Origin: Candidatus Aalborgicola defluviihabitans
GTDB lineage: Bacteria > Pseudomonadota > Gammaproteobacteria > Burkholderiales > Burkholderiaceae_C
Direction of reading: 5' to 3'
Length of the DNA stretch: 64,000 bases
NCBI GenBank assembly: GCA_016705575.1
Contig: JADIXX010000003.1
Coordinates: forward strand, 788,500-852,499
In this document: in pieces, positions 37,684-46,216 of the stretch
Layout of the letters: each line of letters begins with the position of its first letter
Numbering within the stretch: the first letter of the stretch is position 1
Translations under genes and position numbers: made by a program
The notes under the pieces: model-generated
The model's database searches: none
The model's input: only the letters and a program-made list of their open reading frames with translations
Told to the model about the DNA's origin: nothing

Positions 37684-38444
37684 CGGGTTGGCGTCAATGA
37701 AATATCTCCGACATAGCCCAGGCTGCTTTGGCCGGTGTTGTCAGAATCAGCGCCCACCACAATCGCAAGCAACGGCGGCACGGATTCGCTCTCTGCGCCA
37801 AATGTCTTCAGAAAATCTGCGTGCAAGTCACGCGTATGGCTGACCCATTGTTGTAGCGGACTGGCGGGCCCGGATGGGTTGCTGGCAGAGTCCACCACCA
37901 CAAATCTGACACGACTGGTGTAGGCATTGGGCAATTCGGAGCCCACCGGTAACTTTTGGTCCCACACGTAGCACAGGGTTGCGGCTGGCAAATACTCACC
38001 GCTGGCACTGCGGGCCAAGCGTAGCAGGTTGCGCTCTATAAAGCCGAGCCGTTCCAGCGGCATGTCAAACATGGCGCAGACCTTGAGCGCAGTGTCGTCA
38101 CCCACTTTCTTGCGCAGGTCAGCCAATTCAATCGGTTGGTCCAGGCGCCAGCGCCAAGTCAGGGTGCCCGCCGAGGTCTTGGGCGGCAAGGCGTGGCTGG
38201 CAGTTCCGTAGGAATGGTCGGTTCGCAGGCGCATCACACGATCTGGCCCGAGCGTGACGATGTCAATCTGAGCCAACGGTACTTTATTGCCCGGCAGGCC
38301 AACAACCCGCCACGGCGTCGGCAGAGTGGCCGCAGAAGCGCCTGAGAAGGGTGCAATGCCATGGGTTGCAGGCACAGCGTCTTGCGCCGAATGCGCGGCG
38401 CTGATCGATGCGATAAGCAGGCCTACAGCCCCGATGCGGTTCAA
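37680..38444 (-). CDS. DUF3047-domain secreted protein
   Basis: LTWRWRLDQPIELADLRKKVGDDTALKVCAMFD, LCYVWDQKLP and VGADSDNTGQSSLGYVGDISL match my recollection of DUF3047. Using TTG 38444 gives a clean signal peptide (NRIGAVGLLIASISAAHSA) and overlaps the upstream TGA by 2 nt. The ORF as listed extends to 38513. Confidence 0.68.
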   Translation of the reverse strand: MNRIGAVGLLIASISAAHSAQDAVPATHGIAPFSGASAATLPTPWRVVGLPGNKVPLAQIDIVTLGPDRVMRLRTDHSYGTASHALPPKTSAGTLTWRWRLDQPIELADLRKKVGDDTALKVCAMFDMPLERLGFIERNLLRLARSASGEYLPAATLCYVWDQKLPVGSELPNAYTSRVRFVVVDSASNPSGPASPLQQWVSHTRDLHADFLKTFGAESESVPPLLAIVVGADSDNTGQSSLGYVGDISLTPTR

Positions 38445-40660
38445 TGGCGCCGCCAGTTGTGAAACTTGCGCACCCACTCCAGCAGAACCAGCGGCTGGTG
38501 CGCGCGCTTCCATTCTCCAGCGGCGTATTTGTTAGCCTCGGAAAGAGTGGGGTAAGTATGGATCGTGCCCAGTATTTTGTTCAGTCCCAGGCCGTGTTTC
38601 ATGGCCAGCACGTATTCCGCCAGCAGGTCACCAGCGTGCGTGCCGACTATGGTGACACCCAGAATCTTGTCTTTGCCCGGGACGGTCAGCACCTTCACAA
38701 ACCCTTGCGTCTCGCTGTCAGCAATGGCGCGGTCCAGATCGTTCATGCCGTAGTGGGTCAGCTCGTAGGCAATGCCATGCTCCTTGGCTTCTTGCTCGTT
38801 CAATCCGACGCGCGCAACCTCGGGGTCGGTAAAGGTAGCCCAAGGAATGACGCTGTAGTCGACCGTGAATTTTTTGAAGTCACCAAACAACGCGTTGACC
38901 GCCGCATACCAGGCTTGGTGCGCGGCGGTGTGGGTGAACTGATAGGGCCCGGCCACGTCGCCCGCGGCAAAAATATTGGGGTAGATGGTTTGCAGGTATT
39001 CGTTGGTCTCGACCGTTTTGTGGGTCGGTATGCCGAGTTCTTCAAGTCCGTAGCCACTGAGTCGGGCGGAGCGGCCCACGGCACACAGCAACTGGTCAAA
39101 CTCAATGCGCAGTTCCGTGCCGGCATGCTCAACCACCAATACTTTGGTTTTGCCGTCGCCGTTGCCCTTGTCGGGGTCAGTGCCATCACAGCGCAGCGCC
39201 TTGTGCGCGGTCAGCACCTGCACACCGTCGGCCCGCAGCGAGGCGGTGACCAGCTCCGACACGTCTTCGTCTTCCCGTGTCATGAGACGTGGTGCCATCT
39301 CTACCTGCGTGACGGCCGAGCCTAGACGCGCAAAGCTTTGCGCCAACTCGCACCCAATAGGTCCACCGCCCAACACCACCAAGCGCTTGGGAATTTCGTC
39401 AAGCTGTGCAAAACGCTCCCATAGGGTGTCGCTCGTGACATAGCCCACCGCGTCCAGACCCGGCAACGGCGGCACAAACGGCCGGGCGCCAGCGGCAATG
39501 ACGATGCTGCGGGTGGTCAGGCGCACGACCCGCGGCGGGGCATGGTCCGCATTCAGGGTGATTTCCACCGTCCACGGGTTGATGATTTTGGCGTAGCCTT
39601 GCAGCACCTCCACGCCCAGTGCGGTGTAGCGCTCAATACTGTCGTGGGGTTCAATAGCAGCGATTACCGCTTGGATGCGCTGCATGATTTCTTTGAATGA
39701 AAATAGCCGGTAGCCCTCGTCCGCTTTACATAGCCCGCTATCCAAACCATAGCGTTTTGCATGTTGCATCTGGTGCGCCAGTTTGGCGCTTCTGATCAGG
39801 GCCTTGCTGGGCACGCAACCGTAGTTCAGGCAGTCGCCCCCCATTTTGTGGGCTTCGACCAGCGTGACCTTGGCTTTGACAGCCGCCGCGATGTAGGCTG
39901 AGACCAGTCCTCCGGCACCGCCACCGATCACGATCAAGTTGCGGTCAAAAGACTTTGGTTTGCTTGCGGCCCAGCGTGCATAGACTTTTCGACGCTGCAC
40001 GGCGTCCATCATCTTGCGTGCAATCAGCGGAAACAACCCCAACAGCACAAACGAGCCCAACAAGCCGGGGCTAACAACGTCTTTCAGCGATTGAATCTGC
40101 GCCAGTTGCGTGCCCGCATTCACATACACCGCTGTGCCTGCCAGCATGCCCAACTGGCTGACCCAATAGAAAGTCCGAGCCCGCATGGTGGTCAAACCCA
40201 TGGCCAGATTGATGACGAAGAAAGGTACCACCGGAATCAGCCGCAAGCCAAAGAGATAAAACGCGCCATCGCGCTGCACGCCTTTGTCGATGGCCGCCAG
40301 GCGGGTGGCAAATCGCGCCTGCACCCAATCACGCAGCAAAAACCGCGCTGCCAGAAATGCCAGTGTGGCACCGATGGTTGATGCAAAGGACACCAGCAAC
40401 AGCCCCCAGCCGAGTCCAAAAATGGCACCTCCGGCCAGCGTCAGGATGGTGGCACCCGGAAAGGACAGCGCGGTGGCTGCGACATAGACGACAAAGAAAC
40501 CCAGCGCTACCGTCCAGGGAGATTGGGCGTGCAGCGCGGATAGTTGCGCCTGACACTGGCGCAAAGCATCCAGGCTCAGGTACTGGTGCAGGTCGAATGC
40601 GTAGAAGAGGACTATGGCGCTTGCTAGCGCGGCCACAGCCAGAAATTTCTTGGTATTCAT
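38441..40660 (-). CDS. Fusion: TVP38/TMEM64 (DedA-superfamily) membrane domain + flavoprotein disulfide reductase (mercuric-reductase/dihydrolipoamide-dehydrogenase-like)
   Basis: ~230-aa polytopic N-terminus, then VIGGGAGGLVSA, the redox-active pair GGDCLNYGCVPSK, VVLGGGPIGCE, AAGDV, and a dimerisation-domain end (HTYPTLSE). No NmerA/HMA metal-binding domain is seen. Confidence 0.88.
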   Translation of the reverse strand: MNTKKFLAVAALASAIVLFYAFDLHQYLSLDALRQCQAQLSALHAQSPWTVALGFFVVYVAATALSFPGATILTLAGGAIFGLGWGLLLVSFASTIGATLAFLAARFLLRDWVQARFATRLAAIDKGVQRDGAFYLFGLRLIPVVPFFVINLAMGLTTMRARTFYWVSQLGMLAGTAVYVNAGTQLAQIQSLKDVVSPGLLGSFVLLGLFPLIARKMMDAVQRRKVYARWAASKPKSFDRNLIVIGGGAGGLVSAYIAAAVKAKVTLVEAHKMGGDCLNYGCVPSKALIRSAKLAHQMQHAKRYGLDSGLCKADEGYRLFSFKEIMQRIQAVIAAIEPHDSIERYTALGVEVLQGYAKIINPWTVEITLNADHAPPRVVRLTTRSIVIAAGARPFVPPLPGLDAVGYVTSDTLWERFAQLDEIPKRLVVLGGGPIGCELAQSFARLGSAVTQVEMAPRLMTREDEDVSELVTASLRADGVQVLTAHKALRCDGTDPDKGNGDGKTKVLVVEHAGTELRIEFDQLLCAVGRSARLSGYGLEELGIPTHKTVETNEYLQTIYPNIFAAGDVAGPYQFTHTAAHQAWYAAVNALFGDFKKFTVDYSVIPWATFTDPEVARVGLNEQEAKEHGIAYELTHYGMNDLDRAIADSETQGFVKVLTVPGKDKILGVTIVGTHAGDLLAEYVLAMKHGLGLNKILGTIHTYPTLSEANKYAAGEWKRAHQPLVLLEWVRKFHNWRRH

Positions 40661-40857
40661 TGCGGCGCTAAGCAGGATTGGGTCTGGATGCGATGTGGGC
40701 AACTGGTCGGTGCATTACTGCAAGTCTTACACATTCGCACAAGAGTGCATGAAAGACCTTCGGTAACACGCTTGGCAACGCGATTTACGCCCTTGTAAGA
40801 AAATACGCTCAGCAGTGACCAAGTTCTGTTCGACTCCCTAAATTCAAGAAGACAACC

Positions 40858-41745
40858 ATGATGACACAGGCACTGATTGGCGTGATTGGAGGCAGCGGCC
40901 TCTACCAGATGGATGCTCTGCAAGACGTGCAGGAACACACCATGAGCACCCCGTTCGGCGCGCCTTCTGACGTGATCGTGACCGGCCAGTTGCACGGTGT
41001 GGCGGTTGCATTTGTGGCCCGGCACGCGCGGGGCCACCGTCTGCTACCCACGGAAGTGCCTTACCGCGCCAACATCTATGCGCTCAAGATGCTGGGTGTG
41101 CGCTACGTATTGTCGGTTTCGGCCGTCGGGTCGCTGCGTGAAGACTTCAAGCCGCTGGACATGGTGCTGCCCGACCAGTTTATAGACCTGACCCGCCGTC
41201 GCGAGGGTACATTTTTTGGCCAGGGGGCGGTCGCCCATGTCTCGATGGCGCAACCGGTTTGCCCGCATACCGCTGATGCGCTTGCCCGCGCGGTGCGGAG
41301 CGTGTTGTCGGAAGAAGACCCGTCCAGCCGTGACACCATCGCGCTGCACACCTGTGGCACCTATGTTTGCATTGAAGGGCCACAGTTCTCTACCCAGGCT
41401 GAGTCGCATTGGTACCGCAGCATGGGCGCCGGGGTGATTGGTATGACCAACATGCCCGAGGCAAAATTAGCCCGCGAGGCGCAAATGGCCTATGCCACCC
41501 TGGCCATGGTGACCGACTTTGACTGCTGGCACCCGCGTGAGGCCCATGTCACCGCCAATATGGCGCTGGCCAACCTGTTGCAAAACGCGGGTCGGGCGCA
41601 GCGTGTGATGGCGCAGGCGATTCGCATGCTGGGTGCCGAGCAGCCGGACAGCCTGGCCTTTACTGCACTGCAGAGCGCACTCGTCACCCAGCCCGATGCC
41701 ATGGCACCCGAGGTGCGCGCGCGCCTTGCCGCGCTGTTGGCCTGA
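40858..41745 (+). CDS. mtnP: S-methyl-5'-thioadenosine phosphorylase
   Basis: IGVIGGSGLY, ARHARGHR, SVSAVGSL, GPQFSTQAES, GMTNMPEAKLAREA, MVTDFDCW. 295 aa. Confidence 0.9.
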   Translation: MMTQALIGVIGGSGLYQMDALQDVQEHTMSTPFGAPSDVIVTGQLHGVAVAFVARHARGHRLLPTEVPYRANIYALKMLGVRYVLSVSAVGSLREDFKPLDMVLPDQFIDLTRRREGTFFGQGAVAHVSMAQPVCPHTADALARAVRSVLSEEDPSSRDTIALHTCGTYVCIEGPQFSTQAESHWYRSMGAGVIGMTNMPEAKLAREAQMAYATLAMVTDFDCWHPREAHVTANMALANLLQNAGRAQRVMAQAIRMLGAEQPDSLAFTALQSALVTQPDAMAPEVRARLAALLA

Positions 41746-41771
41746 TCCCGCCCACTAAAACCAGAATTGCC

Positions 41772-42734
41772 ATGCACGACACCCTGCCCCTGCTGGAACG
41801 AACCCCCTTTCCCGCCATCCGCCGCACCCGGCTCGACACCCTGCAAGTTAACCTGGGTTACCAGTGCAACCAAAGCTGTCTGCACTGCCACGTCAACGCT
41901 GGACCCAACCGCACTGAAATGATGGAAGCCGACATGCTGGCACTGATTCCCCAGGTTTTGGCCGCACGCGGTATCACCACGCTGGACCTCACCGGTGGCG
42001 CGCCCGAACTCAATACCGGCTTTCGCGCACTGGTGCAGTCTGCGCGCGCACTGGGCGTGCGGGTAATAGACCGCTGCAACCTCACCATCTTGTTCGAACC
42101 CGGACAGGAAGGCTTGGCCGATTTTCTGGCCAGTCAACAGGTCGAAGTCGTGGCATCCATGCCTTGCTATTCGGCTGAAAACGTGGACCGGCAACGCGGT
42201 GACGGCGTGTTCGACAAAAGCATCGCGGCGTTGCAGCAACTCAATTCGCTGGGCTACGGCGTGGAAGGTACGGGTTTGGTGCTCAACCTGGTCTACAACC
42301 CGCAAGGCGCGTCCTTGCCGCCCAACCAGCAAACACTGCAGGCAGACTACAAACGTGAGTTGTTCGAGCACTTTGGCGTGGTCTTCAATGAACTGCTGGT
42401 ACTGACCAATATGCCGATTCAGCGATTTGGCTCGACGCTGGTATCCAAGGGCACATTCGATACCTACATGAATCTGCTCAAGAGCAGCTTTCAGCAAGGC
42501 AATCTGGCCGGAGTCATGTGCCGCAGCATGGTCAGCGTGGACTGGCAAGGCTGGTTGTCGGACTGCGACTTCAACCAGCAGTTGGGCTTGCCGCTGGGGT
42601 CTTCGGGGGTCAAGCGCCATTTGCGTGATCTGCTCAAAGCCGGTCTGGACAATCAAGCGATCCGCGTGGCCGGTCACTGCTATGGCTGCACTGCTGGCCA
42701 GGGCAGCAGTTGCGGCGGTGCGCTGGCGGCGTAA
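41772..42734 (+). CDS. Radical SAM/Cys-rich-domain protein (ArsS / rSAM-selenodomain family)
   Basis: CxxxCxxC cluster motif (GYQCNQSCLHCH) and a C-terminal Cys-rich region (VMCRSMVSVDWQGWLSDCDFN ... GHCYGCTAGQGSSCGG). There is no in-frame TGA, so this is a Cys rather than Sec version. Confidence 0.85.
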   Translation: MHDTLPLLERTPFPAIRRTRLDTLQVNLGYQCNQSCLHCHVNAGPNRTEMMEADMLALIPQVLAARGITTLDLTGGAPELNTGFRALVQSARALGVRVIDRCNLTILFEPGQEGLADFLASQQVEVVASMPCYSAENVDRQRGDGVFDKSIAALQQLNSLGYGVEGTGLVLNLVYNPQGASLPPNQQTLQADYKRELFEHFGVVFNELLVLTNMPIQRFGSTLVSKGTFDTYMNLLKSSFQQGNLAGVMCRSMVSVDWQGWLSDCDFNQQLGLPLGSSGVKRHLRDLLKAGLDNQAIRVAGHCYGCTAGQGSSCGGALAA

Positions 42735-42765
42735 ATCCGGTTCACGATCTCCCATCCGTCGCGCC

Positions 42766-43503
42766 ATGCAAGCACCTACCCCTGGCCTCACCATCATCAT
42801 GCCGGTACGCAACGAGGCACAGCGCATCGGCCCCGCCCTGCACGCATTGGCGCCCTTGCAGTTGCGTGGCGTGCAGGTGGTGGTGGTAGATGGTGGCAGT
42901 ACGGATGGCACGATGGCGTTGGCGCAGCAAGCGCTGGGGCACGACCCTGACCTCAACCCAACCAGCGCAGGCCAGCCTGGCACATCGCTAGTGCTGAGTA
43001 GTGCCGCTGGTCGCGCCTTGCAAATGAACCAGGGGGCACAGCAAGCCAACGCACCCGTATTGCTATTTCTGCATGCCGACACACAGCTCCCGCCCAACGC
43101 CGATGCGCTCGTTGCGCAGGCGCTGGCCAGCGGCGTCCGTGTGTGGGGCCGTTTTGACGTGCACATTGCTGGGCGGCCCTGGATGCTGCGGGTCATCGCT
43201 GCATGCATGAATATTCGTTCGCGCTGCACCGGCATTGCCACGGGCGATCAGGCGTTTTTCATGACACGCGCTGCTTTTGATGCGGTGGGTGGTTTCTCAA
43301 ACCAGCCCCTGATGGAGGATATTGAAATGTCCCTGCGCCTGGGGCATCTGTCTCGCCCCATCAGCCTGCGCGCAAGGGTAATCACATCGGGCCGCCGATG
43401 GGAGACGCGTGGTGTCTGGCGCACGGTGCTGCTCATGTGGCAGCTGCGGTTTGCCTACTGGCGTGGCGCAGCGCCGGATCAACTCGCCAGGCTGTACCAG
43501 TGA
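42766..43503 (+). CDS. GT2-like glycosyltransferase of the rSAM/selenodomain-associated type
   Basis: LTIIMPVRNEAQRI, VVVVDGGSTDGT, GRALQMNQGA, LLFLHADTQLP, WGRFDV, GDQAFFMTRAAFDAVGGF, LMEDIEMS, GRRWETRG. Confidence 0.8.
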   Translation: MQAPTPGLTIIMPVRNEAQRIGPALHALAPLQLRGVQVVVVDGGSTDGTMALAQQALGHDPDLNPTSAGQPGTSLVLSSAAGRALQMNQGAQQANAPVLLFLHADTQLPPNADALVAQALASGVRVWGRFDVHIAGRPWMLRVIAACMNIRSRCTGIATGDQAFFMTRAAFDAVGGFSNQPLMEDIEMSLRLGHLSRPISLRARVITSGRRWETRGVWRTVLLMWQLRFAYWRGAAPDQLARLYQ

Positions 43504-44126
43504 ACACGCTGGCTACGCCTTGCAGGTTGGTCATCTTTGCCAAGGCGCCGGTGGCTGGCGCCGTCAAGACACGCTTGATCCCGGCGCTGGGTGCGCAGGG
43601 TTCGGCCGAATTGGCGCAGCGCATGCTGTTGCAAACCCTCGCGCAGGCACTGGAGTCGGGGGCCGGATCGGTTGAGCTGTGCATGAGTCCCGCGCCCGAC
43701 GCGCCCGCGTGGCACGGCGTGGCGTTGCCCGACGGCATTGCACTCAGCGATCAGGGCGAAGGCGATTTGGGCGAACGCATGGCGCGGGCCGTGCACAGGG
43801 TCACCACCACGTTCGCGCAACCCATTGTGCTGATGGGTACCGATTGCCCCGAGCTGACCGCTACCGGTATCGCGCAGGCAGCACGCCAGCTGTTGCAACA
43901 CGACGCCGTGCTGACCCCGGTTGCCGATGGCGGTTATGTACTCATCGGCTTGCATGCACCGTGCCCTGCGCTGTTTGCTGACATGCCATGGAGCACACCG
44001 GAAGTGGCTAGAGAGACGCTGCGGCGCATGGCCGCGCTGGACCTGCGCGTGTGGCAGGCACCCATTCTGCACGATGTGGATGAACCCGCCGATCTGGTGC
44101 ACTTGACGCAGAGTGCGCCGCGCTGA
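43500..44126 (+). CDS. DUF2064 / nucleotidyltransferase-like protein of the rSAM/selenodomain-associated type
   Basis: LVIFAKAPVAGAVKTRLIPALG, QGEGDLGERM, LMGTDCPEL, PVADGGYVLIGL, MPWSTPEV, LHDVDEPADL. The GTG start overlaps the upstream stop (GTGA). Confidence 0.8.
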   Translation: MNTLATPCRLVIFAKAPVAGAVKTRLIPALGAQGSAELAQRMLLQTLAQALESGAGSVELCMSPAPDAPAWHGVALPDGIALSDQGEGDLGERMARAVHRVTTTFAQPIVLMGTDCPELTATGIAQAARQLLQHDAVLTPVADGGYVLIGLHAPCPALFADMPWSTPEVARETLRRMAALDLRVWQAPILHDVDEPADLVHLTQSAPR

Positions 44127-44129
44127 CCC

Positions 44130-44792
44130 TTAGGCGCTCGCCTCATCCAGCGCCGCTTCATCCAGGTGGCGCGTGTCGGACCAGCCCACCAGGGTCAGAC
44201 CATCCCGTGTCCATAGCAGGCGGTTGATCGCGGCATTGCCCAGGTCCCAGGTGCGGGGGGATTCAATGTCCTGGCCCGTGGCCAGACGGTACAGGGCGTC
44301 CATCACGCCACCGTGTGCCACCAGAACAATTTGTTCGCCTATGTGCTGTTCGGCCAGGATGTTGACCGTGTGGTGGATGCGCTCGCGCAGTTGCGTCAGC
44401 GTTTCGCCGCCCTGGGGCGCAAAGTGCGGATCGCGCTGGCGCCAGCGGCGGGATTCTTCCGGCCAGTCCTGGCTGATCTGCGCGTAGGTCTGGCCTTCAA
44501 AAATACCAAAACCGCGTTCGCGCAGGCCGGTGTGGGGCCGCACCTGACGCGATGAATCTGACTTGTTATGGTCGGCAATGGCCTGTGCCGTAGAGTGGGC
44601 GCGTGACAGGTCGCTGCTGTAAATGGCGGCAATGTCTTCGTCGGCCAGGGCCTGGCCCGCACGTTGGGCTTGCCACTGGCCATGCGCGTTGAGCGCCACA
44701 TCCAGGTGGCCTTGCAGGCGGGTGTCCACGTTCCAGGCGGTTTCGCCGTGGCGGATGGCAATGATGCGGGTGGCGGTCATGGGGTGCTTCAC
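44130..44792 (-). CDS. Histidine phosphatase (phosphoglycerate-mutase-like) family protein
   Basis: RHG motif ([12 protein letters not shown]), a second catalytic His (VLVAHGGV), and an ATGA overlap with ttcA. Confidence 0.85.
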   Translation of the reverse strand: MKHPMTATRIIAIRHGETAWNVDTRLQGHLDVALNAHGQWQAQRAGQALADEDIAAIYSSDLSRAHSTAQAIADHNKSDSSRQVRPHTGLRERGFGIFEGQTYAQISQDWPEESRRWRQRDPHFAPQGGETLTQLRERIHHTVNILAEQHIGEQIVLVAHGGVMDALYRLATGQDIESPRTWDLGNAAINRLLWTRDGLTLVGWSDTRHLDEAALDEASA

Positions 44793-45715
44793 AGGGTAAC
44801 CACTTGCATGGCGGGCAGGCCACTGAAGGTGGGTGGGGAAAAGGGTTCTTCGTCAAACGCCTTGTCGCCGTCTTCGTCCGGCACACCAGTGGTTTTGAGG
44901 TTTTTAAAGTCGTGCAGCTTGCTGTCCATCAGGTGGCTGGGCACCACGTTTTTCAGGGCGGTGAACATGGTCTCGGCGCGGCCGGGGTATTGTTTCTCCC
45001 ACTCTTTGAGCATCTTGCTGGCCTGTTTGCGCTGCAGGTTTTCCTGGCTGCCGCACAGGCTGCAGGGGATGATGGGGAACTGGCGGTGCTCCGCCCAGCG
45101 AACCAGGTCTTTTTCGGCCACATAGGCCAGCGGACGGATAACGATGAACTCGCCGTTGTCGCTGGTCAACTTGGGCGGCATACCCTTCAACTTTCCACCG
45201 AAGAACATATTCAAAAAGAAGGTTTGCAACATGTCGTCGCGGTGGTGGCCCAGGGCCAGCTTGTTGCACTTCAATTCGCGCGCCACCTTGTACAAAATTC
45301 CCCGGCGCAAGCGGCTGCAAAGGCTGCACATGGTTTTGCCTTCGGGGATATTGCGCTTGACGATCGAGTAGGTGTCCTGCGTCTCGATGTGAAATTCCAC
45401 GCCCATGCTTTTAAGGTACTCGGGCAGGATGTGGTCGGGAAAGCCCGGCTGCTTTTGGTCGAGGTTGACGGCCACCAGTTCAAATTGGACCGGTGCGCGT
45501 TGCTGCATCTTGAGCAAAATGTCGAGCATGCCGTAGCTGTCTTTGCCGCCAGACATGCAGACCATCACGCGGTCGCCTTCTTCGATCATGTTGTAGTCGA
45601 TGATGGCCTGGCCCACCTGGCGGCACAGGCGCTTTTCCAGTTTGTGGGTTTCGCGTTCGATCTTGGCGGTATTACCAAACGTGGAAACTTCGTTTTCGAT
45701 CCAGACTGCGCTCAT
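44789..45715 (-). CDS. ttcA: tRNA 2-thiocytidine(32) synthetase TtcA
   Basis: PP-loop CMSGGKDS and Cys motifs [10 protein letters not shown] and CSLCGSQ. 308 aa. Confidence 0.93.
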   Translation of the reverse strand: MSAVWIENEVSTFGNTAKIERETHKLEKRLCRQVGQAIIDYNMIEEGDRVMVCMSGGKDSYGMLDILLKMQQRAPVQFELVAVNLDQKQPGFPDHILPEYLKSMGVEFHIETQDTYSIVKRNIPEGKTMCSLCSRLRRGILYKVARELKCNKLALGHHRDDMLQTFFLNMFFGGKLKGMPPKLTSDNGEFIVIRPLAYVAEKDLVRWAEHRQFPIIPCSLCGSQENLQRKQASKMLKEWEKQYPGRAETMFTALKNVVPSHLMDSKLHDFKNLKTTGVPDEDGDKAFDEEPFSPPTFSGLPAMQVVTL

Positions 45716-45817
45716 TCAATGCTCCATGTACCGGGACGCTCCCGGCGGGCTAGGGGGTATTTTCGGTGTTTATGGCGTTGCGGTTTGGAGCAAAGCCTCC
45801 AATTTTCCGTTGCGGTC

Positions 45818-46189
45818 TTACCACTGACCGGCTTCGACCCGAATTGCCACTTCGCAGTCGTCAAAGATTTCCAGCTTGGCAATCTTCACGCGCACGCCCA
45901 GCACGCCGGGCAACTGCAGCAGGCGGTTGGCCAGCTTGCCGATCAGGCTTTCCAGCAGGTTCACGTGTTCTGCCGTGCATTCGGCAATGATGATCTGGCG
46001 CACCTTGCGGTAGTCCAGCACATGGTGAATATCGTCGTCGTGTGGTAGCAGCGGCTGCGGGCCCAGGCTGAGTTCAGCATCCACCTGAATGGGCTGAGGT
46101 GCGGCTTTTTCCGATTCCAGAATCCCCAGGTTGGCGTCAAAACGCAAGCCGGTCAGGGTGAGGGTCTGGGTGCCCGTGGTGTGTTGCAT
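45818..46189 (-). CDS. folB: Dihydroneopterin aldolase
   Basis: 123 aa with a FolB-like pattern (LGILESEKAAPQPIQVDAEL ... VLDYRKV ... FDDCEVAIRVE). Adjacent to an SDR resembling pteridine reductases. Confidence 0.75.
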   Translation of the reverse strand: MQHTTGTQTLTLTGLRFDANLGILESEKAAPQPIQVDAELSLGPQPLLPHDDDIHHVLDYRKVRQIIIAECTAEHVNLLESLIGKLANRLLQLPGVLGVRVKIAKLEIFDDCEVAIRVEAGQW

Positions 46190-46216
46190 AGTCGTGGCTG
46201 ACGGTTGAGTGGGCTG

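Noticed and set aside
40661-40857. Short inverted repeats (CTTACA ... TGTAAG) in the divergent promoter region of the rSAM locus
   Set aside because: The repeats are too short and too widely spaced to call an operator without comparative data.
41490-43241. 583-aa ORF on the minus strand spanning the rSAM and glycosyltransferase genes
   Set aside because: It is antisense to two ORFs with strong family motifs. Its composition is Arg/Ala/Gly/His-rich, typical of shadow ORFs in high-GC DNA, and no domain is recognisable.
44804-46048. 414-aa plus-strand ORF opposite ttcA and folB
   Set aside because: This is a shadow ORF antisense to clearly recognisable genes (PP-loop TtcA). Its sequence is low-complexity and Val/Gly/His/Gln-rich.
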